From contig OZ024741.1 of assembly GCA_964016885.1 (NCBI GenBank), forward strand, positions 371,752,001 to 371,816,000: 64,000 nucleotides of DNA, written 5' to 3'. The first letter of the stretch is position 1; each line of letters starts with the position of its first letter. Origin of the DNA: Eledone cirrhosa. Taxonomy: Eukaryota. The notes beneath the pieces are model-generated. The model was given only the letters and a program-made list of their open reading frames with translations. It did not search any database and was not told the DNA's origin. A program made the position numbers and the translations under genes. Positions 51,301 to 63,700 of the stretch are shown here, one piece after another.

Positions 51301-54029
51301 GTGGACAACGTTATTAGGAGTCTGACAACTGTATAGTGGACAACGTTATTAGGAGCCTAACAACTGTATAGTGGATAAAGTTGTTAGGAGTCTAACAACT
51401 GTAGAGTGGACCACGCTGTTAGGTGTCTAACAAATGTATAGAGGACAACGTTGTTAGGAGTCTAACAACTGTATAGTGGACAACGTTGTTAGCAGCCTAA
51501 CAACTGTATAGTGGAGATCGTTGTCAGGAGTCTAACAACTGTATAGTGGACAACGTTGTTAGCAGTCTGACAACAGTATAGAGGACAACGTTATTAGGAG
51601 TCTAACAACTGTATAGTGGACAACGTTATTAGGAGTCTAACAACGGTATAGTGGACAACGTTATTAGGTGTCTAACAACTGTATAGTGGACAACGTTATT
51701 AGGAGTCTAACAACTGTATAGTGGACAACGTTATTAGGAGTCTGACAACTGTATAGTGGACAACGTTATTAGGAGTCTGACAACTGTATAGTTGACAACG
51801 TTGTTAGGAGTCTAACAACTGAATAGTGGACAACGTTATTAGGAGTCTAACAACTGTATAGTGGACAACGTTATTAGGAGTCTAACAACTGTATAGTGGA
51901 CAACGTTATTAGGAGTCTGTCAACCGTATAGTGGATAGCGTTAGTAGGAGTCTGACAACTGTAAAGTGTACAACGTTATTAGGAGTCTAACAACTTTGTA
52001 GTGGACAACGTTATTGGAGTCTAACAACTGTGTAGTGGACAACGTTATTAGGAGTCTAACAATGTATAGTGGACAACGTTATTAGGAGTCTAACAACTGT
52101 ATAGTGGTCAACGTTATTAGGTTTCTAACAACTGTATAGTGGACAACATTATTAGGAGTCTGACAACTGTATAGTGGACAACGTTATTAGGAGTCTGACA
52201 ACTGTATAGTGGACAACGTTGTTAGGAGTCTAACAACTGAATAGTGGACAACGTTATTAGGAGTCTAACAACTGTGTAGTGGACAACGTTATTAGGTGTC
52301 TAACAACTGTATAGTGGACAACGTTATTAGGAGTCTGACAACTGTATAGTGGACAACGTTGTTAGGAGTCTGACGAACTGTATAGTGGACAACGTTATTA
52401 GGAGTCTGACAACTGTATAGTGGACAATGTTATTAGGAGTCTAACAACTGTATAGTGGACAACGTTATTAGGAGTCTGACAACTGTATAGTGGACAACGT
52501 TATTAGGAATCTGACAACTGTATAGTGGACAACGTTGTTAGGAGTCTAACAACTGAATAGTGGACAACGTTATTAGGAGTCTAACAACTGTGTAGTGGAC
52601 AACGTTATTAGGAGTCTAACAACTGTATGGTGGACAACGTTATTAGGAGTCTGACAACTGTATAGTGGACAACGTTATTAGGAGTCTGACAACTGTATAG
52701 TGGACAACGTTGTTAGGAGTCTGACAATTGTATAGTGGACAACGTTGTTAGGAGCCTAACAACTGTATAGTGTAGATCGTTGTTAGGAGACTAACAACTG
52801 TATAGTGGACAACGTTGTTAGGAGTCTGACAACTATATAGTGGACAACGTTATTAGGAGTCTAACAACTGTATAGTGGACAACGTTGTTAGGAGCCTAAC
52901 AACTGTATAGTGGAGATCGTTGTTAGGAGTCTAACAACTGTATAGTGGACAACGTTATTAGGAGTCTCACAACTGTATATTGGCCAACGTTATTAGGAGT
53001 CTAACAACGGATTAGTGAACAACGTTATTAGGAGTCTGACAACTGTAGAGTGAACAACGTTGTTAGGAGTTTTAACAACTGTGTAGTGGGCAACCTTATT
53101 AGGAGTCTAACAACTGTATAGTGGGCAACGTTATTAGGAGTCTAACAACTGTATAGTGGACAACGTTATTAGGATTCTAACAACTGTGTAGTGGACAACG
53201 TTATTAGGAGTCTAACAACTGTATAGTGGACAACGTTATTAGGAGTCTGACAACTGTATAGTGGACAACGTTGTTAGGAGTCTGACAACTGTATAGTTGA
53301 CAACGTTATTAGGAGTCTGACAACTGTATAGTGGACAATGTTATTAGGAGTCTAACAACTGTGTAGTGGACAACGTTATTAGGAGTCTAACAACTGTATA
53401 GTGGACAACGTTATTAGGAGTCTGACAACTGTATAGTGGACAACGTTGTTAGGAGGACACTGACAACTCTATAGTGGACAACGTTATTAGGAGTCTAACA
53501 ACTGTATAGTGGACAACGTTATTAGGAGTCTGACAACTGTATAGTGAACAACTTTATTAGGAGTCTGACAACTGTATAGTGGACAACGTTATTAGGAGTG
53601 TAACGACTGTATAGTGGACAACGTTGTTAGGAGTCTGACAACTGTATAGTGGACAACGTTATTAGGAGTCTAACGACTGTATAGTGGACAACGTTGTTAG
53701 GAGCCTAATAACTGTATAGTGGAGATCGTTGTCAGGAGTCTGACAACTGTATAGTGGACAACGTTATTAGGAGTCTAACAACTGTATAGTAGACAACGTT
53801 GTTAGGAGTCTGACAACTGTATAGTGGACAACGTTATTAGGAGTCTAACGACTGTATAGTGGACAACGTTATTAGGAGTCTGACAACTGTATAGTGGACA
53901 ACATTATTAGGAGTCTGACAACTGTATAGTGGACAACGTTATTAGGAGTCTAACAACTGTATAGTGGACAACGTTGTTAGGAGTCTGACAACTGTATAGT
54001 GGACAACGTTATTAGGAGTCTGACAACTG

Positions 54030-54740
54030 TATAGTGGACAACGTTATTAGGAGTCTGACAACTGTATAGTGGACAACCTTATTAGGAGTCTAACAACTGT
54101 GTAGTGGACAACGTTATTGGAGTCTAACAACTGTGTAGTGGACAGCGTTATTAGGAGTCTGACAACTGTATAGTGGACAACGTTGTTAGGCGTCTAACAA
54201 CTGTATAGTGGACTACGTTATTAGGAGTCTGACAACTGTATAGTGGACAACGTTATTAGGAGTCTAACAACTGTATAGTGGACAACGTTATTAGGAATCT
54301 GAAAACTGTATAGTGGACAACGTTATTAGGAGTCTGACAACTGTATAGTGGAGCACGTTATTAGAAGTCTGACAACTGTATAGTGGACAGCGTTATTAGG
54401 AGTCTGACAACTGTATAGTGGACAACCTTATTAGGAGTCTAACAACTGTGTAGTGGACAACGTTATTGGAGTCTAACAACTGTGTAGTGGACTGCGTTAT
54501 TAGGAGTCTGACAACTGTATAGTGGACAACGTTGTTAGGAGTCTAACAACTGTATAGTGGACTACGTTATTAGGAGTCTGACAACTGTATAGTGGACAAC
54601 GTTATTAGGAGTCTAACAACTGTATAGTGGACAACGTTATTAGGAATCTGAAAACTGTATAGTGGACAACGTTATTAGGAGTCTGACAACTGTATAGTGG
54701 AGCACGTTATTAGAAGTCTGACAACTGTGTAGTGGACAGC
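54030..54740. repeat. Tandem duplication of 349 bp (10 monomers, one of them 34 bp)
   Basis: GGACAACCTT at 54,071 and 54,420; TTAGGAATCTGAAAAC at 54,291 and 54,640; GAGCACG at 54,351 and 54,700. Confidence 0.88.
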
Positions 54741-54759
54741 GTTATTAGGAGTCTGACAA

Positions 54760-57700
54760 CTGTATAGTGGACAACGTTGTTAGGAGTCTAACAACTGTAT
54801 AGTGGACAACGTTGTTAGGAGTCTAACAACTGTATAGTGGACAACGTTGTTAGGAGTCTAACAACTGTATAGTGGACAACGTTATTAGGAGTCTAACAAA
54901 TGTATAGTGGACAACGTTATTAGGAGTCTGACAACTGTATAGTTGACAACTTTATTAGGAGTCTGAGAACTGTATAGTGGACAACGTTATTAGGAGTCTA
55001 ACAACTGTATAGTGGACAACGATATTAGGAGTCTGACAACTGTATAGTGGACAACTTTATTAGGAATCTGACAACTGTATAGTGGATAACGTTGTTAGGA
55101 GTCAAACAACTGTAGAGTGGACCACGCTGTTAGGTGTCTAACAACTGTATAATGGACAACGTTGTTAGGAGTCTGACAACTGTATAGTGGACAACGTTAT
55201 TAGGAGTCTAACAACTGTATAGTGGACAACGTTGTTAGGAGCCTAACAACTGTATAGTGGAGATCGTTGTCAGGAGTCTAACAACTGTATAGTGGACAAC
55301 GTTGTTAGGAGTCTGACAACGGTATAGTGGACAACGTTATTAGGTGTCTAACAACTGTATAGTGGACAACGTTATTAGGAGTCTAACAACAGTATAGTGG
55401 ACAACGTTATTAGGTGTCTGACAACTGTATAGTGGACAACGTTGTTAGGAGTCTAACAACTGAATAGTGGACAACGTTATTAGGAGTCTAACAACTGTGT
55501 AGTGGACAACGTTATTAGGAGTCTAACAACTGTATAGTGGACAACGTTATTAGGAGTCTGACAACTGTATAGTGGACAACGTTATTAGGAGTCTAACAAC
55601 TGTGTAGTGGACAACGTTATTAGGAGTCTAACAACTGAATAGTGGACAACGTTATTAGGAGTCTCACAACTGTATAGTGGACAACGTTGTTAGGAGTCTG
55701 ACAACTGTATAGTGGTCAACGTTATTAGGAGTCTAACAACTGTATAGTGGACAACGTTATTAGGAGTCTAACAACGGATTAGTGAACAACGTTATTGGGA
55801 GTCTAACAACTGTATAGTGGACAACGTTATTTGGAGTCTAACAACTTTATAGTGGACAACGTTATTAGGAGTCTGACAACTGTATAGTGGACAACGTTAT
55901 TAGGAGTCTGAGAACTGTAGATTAGACAACGTTGTTAGGAGTCTAACAACTGTATAGTGGACAACGTTGTTAGGAGTCTGACAACTGTATAGTGGACAAC
56001 GTTGTTAGGAGTCTAACAACTGTATAGTGGACTACGTTATTAGGAGTGTGACAACTGTATAGTGGACAACGTTATTACGAGTCGAACAACTGTATAGTGG
56101 ACAACGTTATTAGGAGTCTGAAAACTGTATAATGGACAACGTTATTAGGAGTCTGACAACTGTATAGTGGATCACGTTATTAGGAGTCTAACAACTGGGG
56201 AGTGGACAACGTTATTAGGAGTCTAACACCTGTATAGTGGACAACGTTATTAGGAGTCTGACAACGGTATAGTGGACAACGTTATTAGGTGTCTAACAAC
56301 TGTATAGTGGACAACGTTATTAGGAGTCTAACAACTGTATAGTGGACAACGTTATTAGGAGTCTAACAACGAACTAGTGGACAACGTTATTAGGAGTCTA
56401 ACAACTGTGTAGTGGACAACGTTATTAGGAGTCTGACAACTGTATAGTGAACAACGTTGTTAGGAGTGTAACAACTGTATAGTGGGCAACGTTATTAGGA
56501 GTCTAACAACGGTATAGTGGACAACGTTATTAGGTGTCTAACAACTGTATAGTGAACAACGTTGTTAGGAGTGTAACAACTGTATAGTGGGCAACGTTAT
56601 TAGGAGTCTAACAACTGTATAGTGGACAACGTTATTAGGAGTCTAACAACTGTATAGTGGACAACGTTATTAGGAGTCTAACAACTGCATAGTGGACAAC
56701 GTTGTTAGGAGTCTAACAACTGAATAGTGGACAACGTTATTAGGAGTCTAACAACTGTATAGTGGACAACGTTATTAGGAGTCTGACAACTGCATAGTGG
56801 ACAACGTTGTTAGGAGTCTAACAACTGAATAGTGGACAACGTTATTAGGAGTCTAACAACTGTGTAGTGGACAACGTTATTAGGAGTCTAACAACTGTAT
56901 AGTGGACAACGTTATTAGGAGTCTGACAACTGTATAGTGGACAACGTTGTTAGGAGTCTGACAACTGTATAGTGGACAACGTTATTAGGAGTCTGACAAC
57001 TGTATAGTGGACAACGTTGTTAGGAGTCTGACAACTGTATAGTGGACAACGTTATTAGGAGTCTGACAACTGTATAGTGGACAACGTTATTAGGAGTCTG
57101 ACAACTGTATAGTGGACAACGTTATTAGGAGTCTGACAACTGTATAGTGGACAACGTTATTAGGAGTCTGACAACTGTATAGTGGACAACGTTGTTCGGA
57201 GTCTAACAACTGTATAGTGGACAACGTTATTAGGAGTCTAACAACTGTATAGTGGACAACGTTATTAGGAGTCTGACAACTGTATAGTGGACAACTTTCT
57301 TAGGAGTCTGACAACTGTATAGTGGACAACGTTATTAGGAGCCTAACAACTGTATAGTGGATAACGTTGTTAGGAGTCTAACAACTGTAGAGTGGACTAC
57401 GTTATTAGGAGTGTGACAACTGTATAGTGGACAACGTTATTACGAGTCGAACAACTGTATAGTGGACAACGTTATTAGGAGTCTGAAAACTGTATAGTGG
57501 ACAACGTTATTAGGAGTCTGACAACTGTATAGTGGACAACGTTGTTAGGAGTCTAACAACTGTATAGTGGACAACGTTGTTAGGAGTCTAACAACTGTAT
57601 AGTGGACAACGTTGTTAGGAGTCTAACAACTGTATAGTGGACAACGTTATTAGGAGTCTAACAAATGTATAGTGGACAACGTTATTAGGAGTCTGACAAC

Positions 57701-60700
57701 TGTATAGTTGACAACTTTATTAGGAGTCTGAGAACTGTATAGTGGACAACGTTATTAGGAGTCTAACAACTGTATAGTGGACAACGATATTAGGAGTCTG
57801 ACAACTGTATAGTGGACAACTTTATTAGGAATCTGACAACTGTATAGTGGATAACGTTGTTAGGAGTCAAACAACTGTAGAGTGGACCACGCTGTTAGGT
57901 GTCTAACAACTGTATAATGGACAACGTTGTTAGGAGTCTGACAACTGTATAGTGGACAACGTTATTAGGAGTCTAACAACTGTATAGTGGACAACGTTGT
58001 TAGGAGCCTAACAACTGTATAGTGGAGATCGTTGTCAGGAGTCTAACAACTGTATAGTGGACAACGTTGTTAGGAGTCTGACAACGGTATAGTGGACAAC
58101 GTTATTAGGAGTCTAACAACAGTATAGTGGACAACGTTATTAGGTGTCTGACAACTGTATAGTGGACAACGTTGTTAGGAGTCTAACAACTGAATAGTGG
58201 ACAACGTTATTAGGAGTCTAACAACTGTGTAGTGGACAACGTTATTAGGAGTCTAACAACTGTATAGTGGACAACGTTATTAGGAGTCTGACAACTGTAT
58301 AGTGGACAACGTTATTAGGAGTCTAACAACTGTGTAGTGGACAACGTTATTAGGAGTCTAACAACTGAATAGTGGACAACGTTATTAGGAGTCTCACAAC
58401 TGTATAGTGGACAACGTTGTTAGGAGTCTGACAACTGTATAGTGGTCAACGTTATTAGGAGTCTAACAACTGTATAGTGGACAACGTTATTAGGAGTCTA
58501 ACAACGGATTAGTGAACAACGTTATTGGGAGTCTAACAACTGTATAGTGGACAACGTTATTTGGAGTCTAACAACTTTATAGTGGACAACGTTATTAGGA
58601 GTCTGACAACTGTATAGTGGACAACGTTATTAGGAGTCTGACAACTGTAGATTAGACAACGTTGTTAGGAGTCTAACAACTGTATAGTGGACAACGTTGT
58701 TAGGAGTCTGACAACTGTATAGTGGACAACGTTGTTAGGAGTCTAACAACTGTATAGTGGACTACGTTATTAGGAGTGTGACAACTGTATAGTGGACAAC
58801 GTTATTACGAGTCGAACAACTGTATAGTGGACAACGTTATTAGGAGTCTGAAAACTGTATAGTGGACAACGTTATTAGGAGTCTGACAACTGTATAGTGG
58901 ATCACGTTATTAGGAGTCTAACAACTGGGGAGTGGACAACGTTATTAGGAGTCTAACACCTGTATAGTGGACAACGTTATTAGGAGTCTGACAACGGTAT
59001 AGTGGACAACGTTATTAGGTGTCTAACAACTGTATAGTGGACAACGTTATTAGGAGTCTAACAACTGTATAGTGGACAACGTTATTAGGAGTCTAACAAC
59101 GAACTAGTGGACAACGTTATTAGGAGTCTAACAACTGTGTAGTGGACAACGTTATTAGGAGTCTGACAACTGTATAGTGAACAACGTTGTTAGGAGTGTA
59201 ACAACTGTATAGTGGGCAACGTTATTAGGAGTCTAACAACGGTATAGTGTACAACGTTATTAGGTGTCTAACAACTGTATAGTGAACAACGTTGTTAGGA
59301 GTGTAACAACTGTATAGTGGGCAACGTTATTAGGAGTCTAACAACTGTATAGTGGACAACGTTATTAGGAGTCTAACAACTGTATAGTGGACAACGTTAT
59401 TAGGAGTCTAACAACTGCATAGTGGACAACGTTGTTAGGAGTCTAACAACTGAATAGTGGACAACGTTATTAGGAGTCTAACAACTGTATAGTGGACAAC
59501 GTTATTAGGAGTCTGACAACTGCATAGTGGACAACGTTGTTAGGAGTCTAACAACTGAATAGTGGACAACGTTATTAGGAGTCTAACAACTGTGTAGTGG
59601 ACAACGTTATTAGGAGTCTAACAACTGTATAGTGGACAACGTTATTAGGAGTCTGACAACTGTATAGTGGACAACGTTGTTAGGAGTCTGACAACTGTAT
59701 AGTGGACAACGTTATTAGGAGTCTGACAACTGTATAGTGGACAACGTTGTTAGGAGTCTGACAACTGTATAGTGGACAACGTTATTAGGAGTCTGACAAC
59801 TGTATAGTGGACAACGTTATTAGGAGTCTGACAACTGTATAGTGGACAACGTTATTAGGAGTCTGACAACTGTATAGTGGACAACGTTATTAGGAGTCTG
59901 ACAACTGTATAGTGGACAACGTTGTTCGGAGTCTAACAACTGTATAGTGGACAACGTTATTAGGAGTCTAACAACTGTATAGTGGACAACGTTATTAGGA
60001 GTCTGACAACTGTATAGTGGACAACTTTCTTAGGAGTCTGACAACTGTATAGTGGACAACGTTATTAGGAGCCTAACAACTGTATAGTGGATAACGTTGT
60101 TAGGAGTCTAACAACTGTAGAGTGGACCACGCTGTTAGGTGTCTAACAACGGTATAGAGGACAACGTTGTTAGGAGCCTAACAACTGTATAGTGGAGATC
60201 GTTGTTCGGTGAGTAACAACTGTATAGTGGACAACGTTGTTAGGAGTCTGACAACTGTATAGTGGACAACGTTATTAGGAGTCTAACAACTGTATAGTGG
60301 ACAACGTTGTTAGGAGCCTAACAACTGTATAGTGGAGATCGTTGTCAGGAGTCTAACGACTGTATAGTGGACAACGTTGTTAGGAGTCTGACAACGGTAT
60401 AGTGGACAACGTTATTAGATGTCTAACAACTGTATAGTGGACAACGTTATTAGGAGTCTAACAACGGTATAGTGGACAACGTTATTAGGTGTCTAACAAC
60501 TGTATAGTGGACAACGTTATTAGGAGTCTAACAACGGACTAGTGGACAACGTTATTAGGAGTCTAACAACTGTATAGTGAACAACGTTGTTAGGAGTGTA
60601 ACAACTGTATAGTGGGCAACGTTATTAGGAGTCTAACAACTGTATAGTGGACAATGTTATTAGGGGTCTAACAACTGTATAGTGGACAACGTTATTAGGA

Positions 60701-63700
60701 GTCTGACAACTGTATAGTGGACAACGTTATTAGGAGTCTGACAACTGTATAGTGGACAACGTTGTTAGGAGTCTAACAACTGAATAGTGGACAACGTTAT
60801 TAGGAGTCTAACAACTGAATAGTGGACAACGTTATTAGGAGTCTAACAACTGTGTAGTGGACAACGTTATTAGGAGTCTAACAACTGTATAGTGGACAAC
60901 GTTATTAGGAGTCTGACAACTGTATAGTGGACAACGTTGTTAGGAGTCTGACAACTGTATAGTGGACAACGTTGTTAGGAGCCTAACAATTGTATAGTGG
61001 AGATCGTTGTTAGGAGACTAACAACTGTATAGTGGACAACGTTGTTAGGATTCTGACAACTGTATAGTGGACAACGTTATTAGGAGTCTAACAACTGTAT
61101 AGTGGACAACGTTGTTACGAGCCTAACAACTGTATAGTGGAGATCGTTGTTAGGAGTCTAACAACTGTATAGTGGACAACGTTATTAGGAGTCTCACAAC
61201 TGTATAGTGGACAACGTTATTAGGAGTCTAACAACGGATTAGTGAACAACGTTATTGGGAGTCTAACAACTGTATAGTGGACAACGTTATTTGGAGTCTA
61301 ACAACTTTATAGTGGACAACGTTATTAGGAGTCTGACAACTGTATAGTGGACAACGTTATTAGGAGTCTGACAACTGTAGATTAGACAACGTTGTTAGGA
61401 GTCTAACAACTGTATAGTGGACAACGTTGTTAGGAGTCTGACAACTGTATAGTGGACAACGTTGTTAGGAGTCTAACAACTGTATAGTGGACTACGTTAT
61501 TAGGAGTGTGACAACTGTATAGTGGACAACGTTATTACGAGTCGAACAACTGTATAGTGGACAACGTTATTAGGAGTCTGAAAACTGTATAGTGGACAAC
61601 GTTATTAGGAGTCTGACAACTGTATAGTGGATCACGTTATTAGGAGTCTAACAACTGGGGAGTGGACAACGTTATTAGGAGTCTAACACCTGTATAGTGG
61701 ACAACGTTATTAGGAGTCTGACAACGGTATAGTGGACAACGTTATTAGGTGTCTAACAACTGTATAGTTGACACCGTTATTAGGAGTCTAACAACTGTAT
61801 AGTGGACAACGTTATTAGGAGTCTAACAACGAACTAGTGGACAACGTTATTAGGAGTCTAACAACTGTGTAGTGGACAACGTTATTAGGAGTCTGACAAC
61901 TGTATAGTGAACAACGTTGTTAGGAGTGTAACAACTGTATAGTGGGCAACGTTATTAGGAGTCTAACAACTGTGTAGTGGACAACGTTATTAGGAGTCTA
62001 ACAACTGTATAGTGGACAACGTTATTAGGAGTCTGACAACTGTATAGTGGACAACGTTGTTAGGAGTCTGACAACTGTATAGTGGACAACGTTGTTAGGA
62101 GCCTAACAATTGTATAGTGGAGATCGTTGTTAGGAGACTAACAACTGTATAGTGGACAACGTTGTTAGGATTCTGACAACTGTATAGTGGACAACGTTAT
62201 TAGGAGTCTAACAACTGTATAGTGGACAACGTTGTTACGAGCCTAACAACTGTATAGTGGAGATCGTTGTTAGGAGTCTAACAACTGTATAGTGGACAAC
62301 GTTATTAGGAGTCTCACAACTGTATAGTGGACAACGTTATTAGGAGTCTAACAACGGATTAGTGAACAACGTTATTGGGAGTCTAACAACTGTATAGTGG
62401 ACAACGTTATTTGGAGTCTAACAACTTTATAGTGGACAACGTTATTAGGAGTCTGACAACTGTATAGTGGACAACGTTATTAGGAGTCTGACAACTGTAG
62501 ATTAGACAACGTTGTTAGGAGTCTAACAACTGTATAGTGGACAACGTTGTTAGGAGTCTGACAACTGTATAGTGGACAACGTTGTTAGGAGTCTAACAAC
62601 TGTATAGTGGACTACGTTATTAGGAGTGTGACAACTGTATAGTGGACAACGTTATTACGAGTCGAACAACTGTATAGTGGACAACGTTATTAGGAGTCTG
62701 AAAACTGTATAGTGGACAACGTTATTAGGAGTCTGACAACTGTATAGTGGATCACGTTATTAGGAGTCTAACAACTGGGGAGTGGACAACGTTATTAGGA
62801 GTCTAACACCTGTATAGTGGACAACGTTATTAGGAGTCTGACAACGGTATAGTGGACAACGTTATTAGGTGTCTAACAACTGTATAGTTGACACCGTTAT
62901 TAGGAGTCTAACAACTGTATAGTGGACAACGTTATTAGGAGTCTAACAACGAACTAGTGGACAACGTTATTAGGAGTCTAACAACTGTGTAGTGGACAAC
63001 GTTATTAGGAGTCTGACAACTGTATAGTGAACAACGTTGTTAGGAGTGTAACAACTGTATAGTGGGCAACGTTATTAGGAGTCTAACAACGGTATAGTGG
63101 ACAACGTTATTAGGTGTCTAACAACTGTATAGTGAACAACGTTGTTAGGAGTGTAACAACTGTATAGTGGGCAACGTTATTAGGAGTCTAACAACTGTAT
63201 AGTGGACAACGTTATTAGGAGTCTAACAACTGTATAGTGGACAACGTTATTAGGAGTCTAACAACTGCATAGTGGACAACGTTGTTAGGAGTCTAACAAC
63301 TGAATAGTGGACAACGTTATTAGGAGTCTAACAACTGTATAGTGGACAACGTTATTAGGAGTCTGACAACTGCATAGTGGACAACGTTGTTAGGAGTCTA
63401 ACAACTGAATAGTGGACAACGTTATTAGGAGTCTAACAACTGTGTAGTGGACAACGTTATTAGGAGTCTAACAACTGTATAGTGGACAACGTTATTAGGA
63501 GTCTGACAACTGTATAGTGGACAACGTTGTTAGGAGTCTGACAACTGTATAGTGGACAACGTTATTAGGAGTCTGACAACTGTATAGTGGACAACGTTGT
63601 TAGGAGTCTGACAACTGTATAGTGGACAACGTTATTAGGAGTCTGACAACTGTATAGTGGACAACGTTATTAGGAGTCTGACAACTGTATGGTGGACAAC

